This document shows, piece by piece, positions 18,036 to 28,265 of a DNA stretch of 64,000 nucleotides. The DNA comes from Ruminiclostridium sp. (lineage in GTDB: Bacteria; Bacillota; Clostridia; Oscillospirales; Ruminococcaceae), in NCBI GenBank assembly GCA_017465545.1, contig JAFTVY010000054.1, positions 4,613 through 68,612 of the forward strand, written 5' to 3'. The position numbers and the translations under genes were made by a program. The notes below the pieces were generated by a model that was given only the letters and a program-made list of their open reading frames with translations, was not told the DNA's origin and did not search any database. How positions within the stretch are numbered: position 1 is the stretch's first letter; each line of letters opens with the position of its first letter.

Positions 18036-20429
18036 ATGAACTATGGACATTTCGACCTTGCGAACAAGGAATATGTCATCACAAGACCTGACACACCTTC
18101 CGCATGGGCAAACTACTTAGGCTCACCTGAGTACGGTGCAATCATTTCAAACAATGCAGGTGGCTACAGCTTTGTAAAGTCAGGTGCAAACGGACGTGTT
18201 ATCCGTTACCGCTTCAACTCTGTTGCCAACGACCAGCCCGGCCGTTACATCTATTTAAAGGATAACGACACAAACGAATACTGGTCTGCTTCCTGGGCAC
18301 CCGTGTGCAAGCCTCTTGACGAATTCAAGAGCGAATGCCGTCACGGTACAGCATATACAGTTATCACATCCGAGTACAAGGGCATCAAGTCCGAGGTTAC
18401 CTACTACGTTCCCAAGGGAGCAATTTACGAGGTATGGGCAGCCAAGGTTACAAACACAAGCGACAAGCCCAGAAACATCAGCGTTACAGGCTACTGCGAA
18501 TTCGTTAACGATCCCAACTACGAGCAGGATCAGGTTAACCTCCAGTACACACTCTTCATCACACGTACATACTTCAAGAATAACTACATCCACCAGATGC
18601 AGAACGAAGTATACAACCCCACTTCAGGACGTTTCCTCGGTCTTTCAAGAGCAAAGGCTGACGCTTTCTGCGGTGACCGTGATTCCTTCGTAGGCTCCTA
18701 CAGAAGCTACGCTAACCCCAAGGGTATCGAAAACGGACTCAAGGGTGACTTAAACTACAACACAAACTCCTGCGGTGCGCTCCAGAGCGACGTTGTATTA
18801 CAGCCCGGTGAAACAAAGGAATTCACCTACGTTCTCGGCGGCACAAAGACAGACGCTGAAATTACAGAGCTTCTCGCAAAGTATGACGAAGCAGGCGTTG
18901 TAGAAAAGGAAGTAGAAGAGCTCAAGAACTACTGGCACTCAAAGCTTGACAACCTCCAGGTAAACACACCTGACGCTGACTTCAACAATATGGTAAACGT
19001 ATGGAATGCATATAACTGCTTTATCACCTTCATCTGGTCAAGAGCGGCTTCCTTCCAGTACTGCGGTCTCAGAAACGGCTTCGGCTACCGTGATACTGTA
19101 CAGGATATCCAGGGTATTATCCACCTTGCTCCCGAAATGGCAAAGGATCAGATAGTATTCATGCTTTCCGCACAGGTTACAAACGGCGCTGGTCTTCCCC
19201 TTGTTAAGTACACACACAAGGCTGGCGAAGAAAACCACCCCGACGAAAATGATGAAAATACAGCATACGCTAAGGAAACAGGTCACCCCAGCTATCGTGC
19301 AGACGATGCTTTATGGCTGTTCCCCACAATCTACAAGTACATCAGCGAAAGCGGCGACAGCGCATTCCTTGATGAAGAAATTCTTTACGCTAACGATGGC
19401 GAAAAGGGTACAGTATACGATCACTTAAAGAGAGCTATCAGCTTCTCTATGAATAACCTCGGTACACACGGTATGCCTGCAGGTCTTCACGCTGACTGGA
19501 ACGACTGCCTGAGACTCGGCAAGAAGGGTGAATCCACCTTCGTTGCATTCCAGCTTGTATACGCTCTCAAGATTTTAAAGAAGTATGCAGAAGAAAAGAA
19601 CGATGCAGAATACATCAAGTACCTTGAAGCTGAAATGGCTAAGCTTGACGAAATTCTTTCCGCTTGCTGGAACGAAGACAGATGGATCAGAGGCTATAAA
19701 GAAGACGGTACTGTTATCGGTCAGAGAACAGATCCCGAAGCTTCTATGTGGCTCAACCCCCAGTCCTGGTCAGTTATCTCCGGCTTTGCAAGCAAGGAGC
19801 AGGCTGAAAAGGCTATGGACAGCGTAGAAAGAGAGCTTAACACACCTTACGGTGCAATGGTTATGTATCCTCCCTACGTAAAGCACGGCTTCCCCGGTGC
19901 TCTTATGCAGTGCTTCAACAAGTGCACAAAGGAAAACGCAGGTATCTTCTCACAGCCTCAGGGTTGGCTCATCCTTGCAGAAAGTAAGCTCGGACACGGC
20001 GACCGTGCATACAAGTACTGGAAGGAAGCAGCTCCCGCAACCTACAACGATAACGCAGAACACAGAGTTCTCGAGCCCTACGTTTACGGTCAGTTCGTTG
20101 AAGGTAAGGACAGCCCCTTCGCAGGTCGTGCACACGTACACTGGCTGACAGGTACAGCTTCTACAGTTATGGTAGGTACAACAGAGGGTATCCTCGGTCT
20201 TAACCCCGAAACAAAGGGTATCGTTATCGATCCTTCTATCCCCTCCGAGTGGAAGCAGTTCACAATGGATAAGACCTTCCGTGGCAAGAAGCTCCACGTT
20301 ACGGTAAACAACCCCGACGGCAACCAGCACGGTGTTAAGTCTGTAACAGTAAACGGCGAAAAGATCGAAGGCAAGCTTATCCTTGACTCTATCTTAAAGG
20401 CTGAAAACGACATCGTTATTGAAATGTAA
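18036..20429 (+). CDS. GH94 phosphorylase (cellodextrin/chitobiose phosphorylase-like)
   Basis: EYVITRPDTP N-terminus, GFGYRD, catalytic DWND and WLTGTA motifs; ATG 18036 after AAGGAGG; strong codon bias. Confidence 0.9.
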   Translation: MNYGHFDLANKEYVITRPDTPSAWANYLGSPEYGAIISNNAGGYSFVKSGANGRVIRYRFNSVANDQPGRYIYLKDNDTNEYWSASWAPVCKPLDEFKSECRHGTAYTVITSEYKGIKSEVTYYVPKGAIYEVWAAKVTNTSDKPRNISVTGYCEFVNDPNYEQDQVNLQYTLFITRTYFKNNYIHQMQNEVYNPTSGRFLGLSRAKADAFCGDRDSFVGSYRSYANPKGIENGLKGDLNYNTNSCGALQSDVVLQPGETKEFTYVLGGTKTDAEITELLAKYDEAGVVEKEVEELKNYWHSKLDNLQVNTPDADFNNMVNVWNAYNCFITFIWSRAASFQYCGLRNGFGYRDTVQDIQGIIHLAPEMAKDQIVFMLSAQVTNGAGLPLVKYTHKAGEENHPDENDENTAYAKETGHPSYRADDALWLFPTIYKYISESGDSAFLDEEILYANDGEKGTVYDHLKRAISFSMNNLGTHGMPAGLHADWNDCLRLGKKGESTFVAFQLVYALKILKKYAEEKNDAEYIKYLEAEMAKLDEILSACWNEDRWIRGYKEDGTVIGQRTDPEASMWLNPQSWSVISGFASKEQAEKAMDSVERELNTPYGAMVMYPPYVKHGFPGALMQCFNKCTKENAGIFSQPQGWLILAESKLGHGDRAYKYWKEAAPATYNDNAEHRVLEPYVYGQFVEGKDSPFAGRAHVHWLTGTASTVMVGTTEGILGLNPETKGIVIDPSIPSEWKQFTMDKTFRGKKLHVTVNNPDGNQHGVKSVTVNGEKIEGKLILDSILKAENDIVIEM

Positions 20430-20444
20430 TAACTAAATAATATA

Positions 20445-20478
20445 AGGGGAAGTCCGCAAGGATTTCCCCTATATTTTT
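20445..20478 (+). terminator. terminator after GH94
   Basis: AGGGGAAGTCC-gcaa-GGATTTCCCCT followed by a T tract. Confidence 0.8.
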
Positions 20479-20573
20479 TATCCTGCCGTCTGCCATTTTT
20501 AACCTTTGACAAAATGCCTAAAACAAGGCGGTGTAAAGGGAAAAATTTTCTGCTTTTAAAGCTCGGAAAAGCC

Positions 20574-20602
20574 TTGACAATTGAGTTTACAGGGAGTATA
20601 AT
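20574..20602 (+). promoter_or_regulatory. consensus sigmaA promoter of guaB
   Basis: TTGACA-17 bp-TATAAT. Confidence 0.8.
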
Positions 20603-20767
20603 TATAAACAATAACACTCTGTTTTCACAGAAAGAAAAGTAAAGAAAAAAGGCTTTTATCCCGCTATGCAAGAATACTCTGAGGCAAGCATACAGCACGG
20701 TTTGTATATTTGCCTCAAGGTTATTCTTCATAAAAGGACAAAGTCTTGTAAGGAAAGGAAAAAAGTT

Positions 20768-22276
20768 ATGGCTTTTATTTACTCTGAACCCTCACACACC
20801 TTTGGCGAATATCTGTTAGTACCCGGATATTCATCTGCAGAGTGCATCCCTGCAAACGTATCTCTCCGCACACCCGTTGTAAAGTTCAGAAAGGGCGAAG
20901 AAAGCTCTATCTACATGAACATTCCTCTGGTATCCGCTATCATGCAGTCAGTATCTGACGACAAGATGGCAGTTGCTCTTGCAAAAGAGGGCGGTATCTC
21001 CTTCATCTACGGCTCACAGTCAGTAGAGGACGAGGCGGCTATGGTTGCCCGTGTAAAGAGCTACAAGGCAGGCTACGTAAAGAGCGATTCCAATCTCTCT
21101 CCCGATATGACTTTAGCTGACGTACTTGCTCTCAAGGAAAAGACAGGTCACTCCACAATGCCCGTAACAGAAGATGGTACGGCAACAGGCAAGCTTGTTG
21201 GTATCGTTACAGGCAGAGACTACAGAGTTTCCAGAATGGCAAAGGACACAAAGGTAGCAACCTTTATGACTCCTCTTGAAAAGCTCATCACAGCTCCCGC
21301 AAGCACAACACTCAAGGAAGCAAACGATATTATCTGGGATCACAAGCTCAATTCCCTTCCTATCGTTGACGAAAACGGCGTACTTATGTACTTCGTATTC
21401 AGAAAGGACTACGAACAGCATAAGGAAAACGTAAACGAAATATTAGACAGCGAAAAGCGTTACATAGTAGGCGCAGGTATCAATACAAGAGACTATGCAG
21501 AACGTGTTCCCGCTCTTGTAGAAGCAGGCGCAGACGTTCTTTGTATCGACAGCTCCGAGGGCTACTCCGAATGGCAGAAGCTCACAATCGACTGGATAAG
21601 AGCAAAGTACGGCGACAGCGTTAAGGTTGGTGCAGGTAACGTAGTAGACGGCGAAGGCTTCCGCTTCCTCGCTGACTGCGGTGCAGACTTTATCAAGGTT
21701 GGTATCGGCGGTGGCTCTATCTGTATCACACGTGAACAGAAGGGTATCGGCAGAGGTCAGGCTACAGCACTTATCGAAGTATGCAAGGAACGTGACAAGT
21801 ATTTTGAAGAAACAGGTATCTATATTCCCGTATGCTCCGACGGTGGTATCGTTCACGATTATCATATGACTCTTGCTTTAGCTATGGGTGCAGACTTCAT
21901 CATGCTCGGCAGATACTTCTCACGCTTTGACGAATCTCCCACAAACAAGCTCTTTGTTAACGGCAGCTACGTTAAGGAATACTGGGGCGAGGGCTCTAAC
22001 CGTGCAAGAAACTGGCAGAGATACGATATGGGCGGCGACAAGAAGCTCTCCTTCGAAGAAGGTGTTGACAGCTACGTTCCTTATGCAGGTAGCCTCAAGG
22101 ACAACGTAACAAGATCCCTTGCAAAGGTTCGTTCTACAATGTGCAACTGCGGATGCCTCAACATCCCTGATTTCCAGAAGAACGCAAAGCTTACGTTAGT
22201 ATCTGCTACAAGTATCGTAGAAGGCGGCTCACACGACGTTATCCTTAAGGAAAACAGAGGCGCAAAGTCTGAATAA
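20768..22276 (+). CDS. guaB: IMP dehydrogenase
   Basis: [11 protein letters not shown] pair, catalytic [11 protein letters not shown] and YWGEGS motifs; start taken at MAFIYSEP. Confidence 0.95.
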   Translation: MAFIYSEPSHTFGEYLLVPGYSSAECIPANVSLRTPVVKFRKGEESSIYMNIPLVSAIMQSVSDDKMAVALAKEGGISFIYGSQSVEDEAAMVARVKSYKAGYVKSDSNLSPDMTLADVLALKEKTGHSTMPVTEDGTATGKLVGIVTGRDYRVSRMAKDTKVATFMTPLEKLITAPASTTLKEANDIIWDHKLNSLPIVDENGVLMYFVFRKDYEQHKENVNEILDSEKRYIVGAGINTRDYAERVPALVEAGADVLCIDSSEGYSEWQKLTIDWIRAKYGDSVKVGAGNVVDGEGFRFLADCGADFIKVGIGGGSICITREQKGIGRGQATALIEVCKERDKYFEETGIYIPVCSDGGIVHDYHMTLALAMGADFIMLGRYFSRFDESPTNKLFVNGSYVKEYWGEGSNRARNWQRYDMGGDKKLSFEEGVDSYVPYAGSLKDNVTRSLAKVRSTMCNCGCLNIPDFQKNAKLTLVSATSIVEGGSHDVILKENRGAKSE

Positions 22277-22335
22277 TATTTTTTGAGAAACCTCTTTTTT
22301 CAAAAAAGCACAGATTGTATAAACCAAAAATACAG

Positions 22336-22363
22336 GTACCCTTGCTTTTGCAAGGGTACTTTT
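22336..22363 (+). terminator. terminator after guaB
   Basis: GTACCCTTGC-tttt-GCAAGGGTAC-TTTT. Confidence 0.8.
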
Positions 22364-22386
22364 GTATAAACAGGGTTGTGTTCAAA

Positions 22387-22550
22387 GTGATGTTTCGTGC
22401 TTTGCACGAAGCGATGCACGGCTATGCCGTGTGATGTTCCGACTCTGTCGGAGTGATGTTTCGTGCTACGCACGAAGTTGTGGGAATCATATGCTCACAA
22501 AATCATAGATTTTGTCAACTGCCGTAGTTATTGCCATAGGCAATAACTAC
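22387..22550. repeat. REP/BIME-like tandem hairpin array (copy 2)
   Basis: Four consecutive 20-24 nt units, each G(T/C)GATG followed by a 3-nt-loop hairpin, then two more ATA-loop hairpins. Confidence 0.75.
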
Positions 22551-22607
22551 TTACTTTAGGGCAATTGATGGATTTTAAATTCCGCCTGCGGCACCCCAAA
22601 ATTATGA

Positions 22608-22635
22608 GGCTGTAAAAACGTAAGTTTTTACAGCC
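22608..22635 (-). terminator. terminator after htpG
   Basis: GGCTGTAAAAAC-gtaa-GTTTTTACAGCC. Confidence 0.7.
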
Positions 22636-22652
22636 CCTGCTTTTATATTCAG

Positions 22653-24533
22653 TTACATAAGTGAACAGATTTTATTTGTAAAATCAACGGGATCCTCTAT
22701 TGCAATACCTTCTACTAAAAGCGCCTGATTGTAAAGCAGATCGCCATAGAGAGCCAGCTTTTCCTTGTCGGTCTCGAAAAGTGCCTTCAGCTTTTCGTAG
22801 ATGGGGTGGGAGGCGTTTATCTCCAGTACCTTTTCAGCCTTGGCGTTGTGTTCGTTAGGCATATGGGAAAGTACCTTCTCCATCTCAATGGATAAAATAC
22901 CGTCAGAAGTGAGGCATACAGCGTGGGATTTAAGAACACTTGAAAGTCTTACGTCCTTTACCTTACCGCCAAGGGAGTCTCTTATAAATTCGAGTACCTC
23001 CTTGCTCTCTTCCTTCTTTGCCTTCATCTCTTCCTTCTCTTCGGGGGTTTCAAGATCAAGGTCGCCTGCGGATACGGATTTGAACTGCTTGCCGTTGTAG
23101 TCTACCATCATCTGCATTACGAATTCGTCAATGCTGTCTGTAAGGTAAAGAATCTCATAGCCCTTATCCTTGATAAGCTCGGTCTGGGGGAGCTTGTCGA
23201 TCTTATCCACGTCATCACCGCTGGCAAAGAAGATATACTGCTGTTCTTCCTTCATACGAAGAGTATATTCTTCAAGTGTAACGTACTTCTTGTCGGCAGA
23301 GGAGTAGAACAGTAAAAGATCCTGAAGTAATTCCTTACCCTCGCCAAAGCCGTTATATACACCGAACTTAATCTGCAGTCCGAATGCCTTCCAGAACTTT
23401 TCGTACTTTTCTCTGTCATTCTTCAGCATCTTGGAAAGCTCGTTCTTTATCGACTTTTCGATTCTCTTTGCAATGAGCTTCAGCTGTCTGTCGTGCTGTA
23501 AAAGCTCTCTTGAAATGTTGAGTGATAGGTCGGAGGAATCCACAAGGCCTTTCACAAAGCTGAAATGATCCGGGAGCAGATCTCCACATTTATCCATGAT
23601 AAGTACACCGTTTGAGTAGAGCTGAAGTCCCTTTTCGTAGTCCTTTGAGTAAAAATCAAAGGGCGCCTTTGCAGGGATGTAGAGCAGAGCCTTATAGGTA
23701 GCTGTACCCTCCGCCTGAGTGTGGATATGAGCTATAGGATCCTCATAATCAAAGAACTTTTCCTTATAGAAAAGATTGTATTCTTCGTCAGTAAGCTCCG
23801 ACTTGCTCTTGTTCCAGATGGGGATCATACTGTTTAAGGTCTCTATCTGATAGTGAGTTTCGTATTCGTCCTCTGTGCCTTCCTTCAGATGGCTGTGACC
23901 TACCAGCATCTTGATGGGGTAGCGGATATAGTCGGAATACTTCTTGACGATACCTCTTATCTTATATTCGGTAACAAAATCCTCGTAATCCTCTTCTTCG
24001 GTGGATTCCTTGATTTTAAGAGTGATTACTGTACCATAACTATCCTTTTCGGTTTCGGTGATGGTGTAGCCGTCTACACCCTCGGAATACCACTTGTACG
24101 CTGTATCACTGCCGTAAGCCTTTGTTTCCACCGTAACGGAGGAGGCTACCATAAACGCAGAATAGAAGCCTACGCCGAACTGTCCTATAACGCTGATATC
24201 ATCCTTATCAACGTCGCTGTTCTCATTCTTGAACTTGAAGGAGCCGCTCTGGGCGATAACACCTAAGTTATTTTCAAGCTCTTCCTTTGTCATACCGATA
24301 CCGTTATCGGTGATGGTAAGTATTCTGTTTGCCTTGTCAAGGGCTAAATCTATCGCAAAATCCGTTCTTGTGATGCCGATATTTTCTGTCATTGACTTGA
24401 AGTACAGCTTATCCATAGCGTCGCTGGCGTTACTGATAAGCTCACGGAGGAATATCTCCTTGTGAGTGTAGATAGAATTTATCATCATATCAAGAAGTCT
24501 TTTGGACTCCGCCTTAAATGCCTTTTTTGCCAT
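22653..24533 (-). CDS. htpG: molecular chaperone HtpG (Hsp90)
   Basis: [30 protein letters not shown] and LNISRE motifs. Confidence 0.97.
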   Translation of the reverse strand: MAKKAFKAESKRLLDMMINSIYTHKEIFLRELISNASDAMDKLYFKSMTENIGITRTDFAIDLALDKANRILTITDNGIGMTKEELENNLGVIAQSGSFKFKNENSDVDKDDISVIGQFGVGFYSAFMVASSVTVETKAYGSDTAYKWYSEGVDGYTITETEKDSYGTVITLKIKESTEEEDYEDFVTEYKIRGIVKKYSDYIRYPIKMLVGHSHLKEGTEDEYETHYQIETLNSMIPIWNKSKSELTDEEYNLFYKEKFFDYEDPIAHIHTQAEGTATYKALLYIPAKAPFDFYSKDYEKGLQLYSNGVLIMDKCGDLLPDHFSFVKGLVDSSDLSLNISRELLQHDRQLKLIAKRIEKSIKNELSKMLKNDREKYEKFWKAFGLQIKFGVYNGFGEGKELLQDLLLFYSSADKKYVTLEEYTLRMKEEQQYIFFASGDDVDKIDKLPQTELIKDKGYEILYLTDSIDEFVMQMMVDYNGKQFKSVSAGDLDLETPEEKEEMKAKKEESKEVLEFIRDSLGGKVKDVRLSSVLKSHAVCLTSDGILSIEMEKVLSHMPNEHNAKAEKVLEINASHPIYEKLKALFETDKEKLALYGDLLYNQALLVEGIAIEDPVDFTNKICSLM

Positions 24534-24569
24534 TTTTTCTGTTCCTTTCTTTTGTGCCGTTTATATTTT

Positions 24570-24596
24570 TTAGCACTCTACCTTTGAGAGTGCTAA
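24570..24596. promoter_or_regulatory. CIRCE element (HrcA operator)
   Basis: Exact TTAGCACTC-N9-GAGTGCTAA upstream of htpG; minus-strand TTGACA-16-TATAAT promoter at 24601-24628. Confidence 0.97.
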
Positions 24597-24727
24597 TTAT
24601 ATTATATCACTTTTTTATGATTTGTCAAGAGAATGTTTTACTGACTTCTTGGATTATGGACAAATAAATAATCCCTCGATACAGCATCTGTGCTTCTCAA
24701 GGGATTTATAGTTCAAGTCGATATTTA

Positions 24728-25492
24728 TTATGGCGTAATTTCTTTTATTTCCGCTTTTCCGGTCATGAAATCAAAAACAAGTGACTTATTATTTTCCGTG
24801 TCATACAGAATATTATCGGTTATCGTAAAATTATCCGAGAGATTTTTGTAATTTATAAATCCCGTATCGTGAAAAGTGAATCCTTTATTGTTTATAATTG
24901 TAAAAAATCTGGATAATGTTACAGCGTTTTCTCCGTAAGAAGGATGGCATTTATATTTTACGATAACGAGCGGATATTCTTTTCCGTCTTGCACCATAGT
25001 TTCTACTAACATAATATCCTGTGTATCATCATTCTTATACAAAATCGTACCTGTTTGACTACCATCGCTATGAGCTGCAATAAATTCATCCGCCAATGCT
25101 TTCCCGTCCATGGATGCTATCAGCTTCATTCTGGCAAAATAACAATCTTCCTGCATATTCAGAGTGTTGGCGACAAGCGTAAATGTGTATTCTCCAAAGG
25201 TCTTCTCAGCAAGCATCGCATATCTGTAGTATGAGAGATCCATAGCTATGGCATCAGGTGCGTATGGGATCTCCGACAGCGGAACGGCTTCGGAAAGTAT
25301 CTCGTCGTTTTTTTTATTCGCAGGTTTATATTCAGAATTTTCGTCAGAGCTATCCTCTGTAGCACTTCCTATCGAAATATCAGGGAAAGAGCTGCTTGTT
25401 GATGAAGTTGTATTGTTATTGCAGGCGTTAAATGACAATACAATAGCTATCAGAATTATCGTCGTTTTTAATAACTTAAATCCATGCTTCAT
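24728..25492 (-). CDS. lipoprotein of unknown function
   Basis: MKHGFKLLKTTIILIAIVLSFNA-C lipobox followed by a Ser/Thr linker; AT-rich. Confidence 0.75.
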   Translation of the reverse strand: MKHGFKLLKTTIILIAIVLSFNACNNNTTSSTSSSFPDISIGSATEDSSDENSEYKPANKKNDEILSEAVPLSEIPYAPDAIAMDLSYYRYAMLAEKTFGEYTFTLVANTLNMQEDCYFARMKLIASMDGKALADEFIAAHSDGSQTGTILYKNDDTQDIMLVETMVQDGKEYPLVIVKYKCHPSYGENAVTLSRFFTIINNKGFTFHDTGFINYKNLSDNFTITDNILYDTENNKSLVFDFMTGKAEIKEITP

Positions 25493-25520
25493 AAAATGAC
25501 TCCCTATACACGATTGTATA

Positions 25521-26432
25521 TCAACTGTATATGTACTTATCATCACTGACGTCGGTTGTTCTTGCAATTATCCATCCATCATAGCTTGCACTAAAATCAA
25601 ACTCATCAAAGGTTATAGTATGAAGTCCATAATACAAATCGTCATTGTGCGGATCAAGAATGTTCATTATTTGCATTTGTCCGTTATAATAAGATATTGT
25701 AACATAGTGTTGAAATGTAGCGTTGTTATAGTAATCAAAATCTGCCGTATCATCTACAAGATAAATTGGACAAGCATCAAGTCTGAGACTTTCATAAACA
25801 TAACGCTGTGCATGATAATAAGTGTAGCTGGTAAAAGCTTTCACCTTATATTTGTATGTCTCGTGCTCATAATGTGTATTAAGATAATCTCTCATAGAAC
25901 CGATAAATGCACCGCCGCCCCCTTGTTTAAATGTTAATTCATCAGCGACCTCTTCCTGTTTGTCTTCCTGTTCTTCTAAATCGGTAATATAATCAAATTT
26001 TCCGTTGCCGATCAGAGCTTGAACGATTGAAGCCGGTCCGCAATAGTTATTTTGGCTTTGTCTTACAGCAATAACGTTGTAAGGAGCATAAAAAATACCT
26101 GTCGAAGGATTCCCTGCGCGTAAGCCATATAAGGATAATTCGGAAGTAGTCGGAAGAAAGGCATCTTGTATTGTATCCTCAATAATGTGTAAGGCTTCGA
26201 TTTCGTCATACAGATAGTATTGCATGAACTGTTCTGAAGAAACAACGTCTTCGATGATTGTATTGATCTGAGATTCGTACCCTGGGTGCTGTGCAATATA
26301 GGAGTTCTTTATTGTGTTCACTCTTATATCAAGGGTGTCAGATGCATTATCTGCAAATGCAGAAGTGTGCAGAGTAGAAAGAGTGCATAGTGCAGAAAGC
26401 GTTATTATTGAAATCCTGTTTAAAATTTTCAT
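25521..26432 (-). CDS. secreted C39-like (papain-fold) cysteine peptidase
   Basis: Signal peptide; RQSQNNYCGPAS (Q..C), QHYVTI (H) and ILDP (D); consensus promoter at 26454-26482. Confidence 0.75.
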   Translation of the reverse strand: MKILNRISIITLSALCTLSTLHTSAFADNASDTLDIRVNTIKNSYIAQHPGYESQINTIIEDVVSSEQFMQYYLYDEIEALHIIEDTIQDAFLPTTSELSLYGLRAGNPSTGIFYAPYNVIAVRQSQNNYCGPASIVQALIGNGKFDYITDLEEQEDKQEEVADELTFKQGGGGAFIGSMRDYLNTHYEHETYKYKVKAFTSYTYYHAQRYVYESLRLDACPIYLVDDTADFDYYNNATFQHYVTISYYNGQMQIMNILDPHNDDLYYGLHTITFDEFDFSASYDGWIIARTTDVSDDKYIYS

Positions 26433-26501
26433 AAGAATTTCCTCCTTTTTTTTATTATACAATATCAATTGTTTAATGTCAATAGCTGTTACACTAAATT
26501 G

Positions 26502-27818
26502 TCACTTCGGATGTTTCGCTACGTCTTTCGCCAAATACCCATAAACGTCCCTGCTGACTACAATTCCGTTTTTAAGAGTATATTCCTTCTGCAGATAATC
26601 GTAATATGCTCCCGGACTTATGATACCTGCGGTATTTATTATATCTGTACCCGCCTTTGACAAAATACTGTCCGCAAGCAAAACGCAGTTTGTACTCATA
26701 ACGAAATAGCTTTTCCATTTACCGCTCTTAAATTTATAGAATCTTGCTCCGGTGCCGTGCCAGAGCTTACTGCAATAGTCGGAAAAATCGGAAAGCTCTG
26801 CTTTCCTGCCTTCATACGTGGCCTTTTCAAAGGGACAGCGCCAGCGGTAGGTGGTCTTCTTTATTCTTGCCATTTCCCGTCTTACTCTTCTTATCTGCTT
26901 GTCGGATAAAAGCAGACCGAAATCTATTATCATCTGCTTGTCGGCAGAAATGCCGTAGCTTATATATTTATCATAATCCGCTATAAACATAACTCCGTCG
27001 CCTACCGCACCAAACAGCCTTTCGGAGGAGGCGTCATAGTTGCCGTAGGACATGACCTTGTTTTTATAGGCTATATCGCAATGCCCTACCATTCCTACCC
27101 CATCCATAGAAACGTGAATCAGTACGTGGATATTTGCTCTCTTGTCGTCGTCAAAGGCTTTTTCTTCCTTTAAAAGAGCGTCCACGTCGATCTCTCTTGA
27201 ATCCAGTCTTTTGCTGTAGGTCTTTAAAACCGCTAAGGGGGAGAAGGTGGAGACTGCCAGTGGCAGGGAAAATCTTATTCTGCGTCGCAGTATATTCTTT
27301 GCCCTTCGGGGGAGTATCTCCCTTGCAAAGTCCTTAAGCTCGGTAATGCCGTATAAAATGCAATACACTCCGACTACCGCAGAAAGCCAGCCCGCTGACT
27401 GAAAGGCTCCCGTCAGCATCAGTATTGCAAAGACAAAAAAGAACAAGAATGCAATAAAATCCGTCGGAAAATCCTCCGTACCGTTATTTACCGAATGTAT
27501 GCAGTCTATAAGCTTGATTATTCCGTTCAGCATAAGGTAGAGGGAAAATATAATTGTCACAAGCGCAATACTTGTGAAGGGAAACAAAAACGTAAACAGA
27601 CCTATAAAAAGGTTTATTATACAGCTTAAAAGTCGGGTTTTCCTTTTTGTAAACATTCCCTTCAGCAATCTGTGCAGACCGTTTATTATAATAAAAAGTC
27701 CGCCGATTCCTGCAAGGGGTACGATAAGCAACTCGCCCTTTATAAGTGCTGAAATTCCGAGCGTTATCATAGCCGAGCCGTATAAAAACAGCCATATGGC
27801 ATTTATTCGTTTTTTCAT
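26502..27818 (-). CDS. DUF308/HdeD-like membrane protein with C-terminal soluble domain
   Basis: Six N-terminal TM segments; the C-domain has GHCD, SYGNYD and TNC motifs. Confidence 0.7.
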   Translation of the reverse strand: MKKRINAIWLFLYGSAMITLGISALIKGELLIVPLAGIGGLFIIINGLHRLLKGMFTKRKTRLLSCIINLFIGLFTFLFPFTSIALVTIIFSLYLMLNGIIKLIDCIHSVNNGTEDFPTDFIAFLFFFVFAILMLTGAFQSAGWLSAVVGVYCILYGITELKDFAREILPRRAKNILRRRIRFSLPLAVSTFSPLAVLKTYSKRLDSREIDVDALLKEEKAFDDDKRANIHVLIHVSMDGVGMVGHCDIAYKNKVMSYGNYDASSERLFGAVGDGVMFIADYDKYISYGISADKQMIIDFGLLLSDKQIRRVRREMARIKKTTYRWRCPFEKATYEGRKAELSDFSDYCSKLWHGTGARFYKFKSGKWKSYFVMSTNCVLLADSILSKAGTDIINTAGIISPGAYYDYLQKEYTLKNGIVVSRDVYGYLAKDVAKHPK

Positions 27819-27874
27819 ATTTTACCTCCCTTCTGAGGTCTTGACAAATCTTAAAAATATGATACAATAATATA

Positions 27875-28211
27875 GCAACTTTATTGTGCGGTCGCGGGGT
27901 AATACCGTGAGGAAAGTCCGGGCATCACAGAGCAGGATAGCTGTTAACGGCAGCCGAAGGCGACTTCAGGGCAAGTGCAACAGAAATATACCGCATTATT
28001 TATAGTGTAAGGGTGGAAAGGCGAGGTAAGAGCTCACCGTAGAGCGGGAGACCGTTTCTATCTGTAAACCCTATCCGATGCAACACCGATTGGTTCTGTG
28101 GAAAAACCGTCTGCTCGACGGTCACAGATTAAGGTGGCTTGATTTTTCCGGCGACGGAAAAAGTAGATAGATGATCGCACACGACAGAACCCGGCTTATA
28201 GATAAAGTTGC
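27875..28211 (+). ncRNA. rnpB: RNase P RNA, bacterial type A
   Basis: GAGGAAAGTCCGGGC, AGTGCAACAGAAA, GGTAAGAGC, TAAACC and ACAGAACCCGGCTTA landmarks; terminal helix GCAACTTTAT/ATAAAGTTGC; TTGACA promoter at 27841. Confidence 0.97.
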
Positions 28212-28225
28212 TTTATTTAATTATA

Positions 28226-28259
28226 ACACCACGATCCCGTATTATAAAGATCGTGGTGT
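28226..28259. terminator. bidirectional terminator between rnpB and folC
   Basis: ACACCACGATC...GATCGTGGTGT followed by a T tract. Confidence 0.75.
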
Positions 28260-28265
28260 GTTTTT

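Noticed and set aside
22387-22477. 25-bp near-repeat at 66-bp period resembling a two-repeat CRISPR
   Set aside because: The 'spacer' is itself two hairpin units with the same GATG foot. There are only two copies, with no leader and no cas genes.
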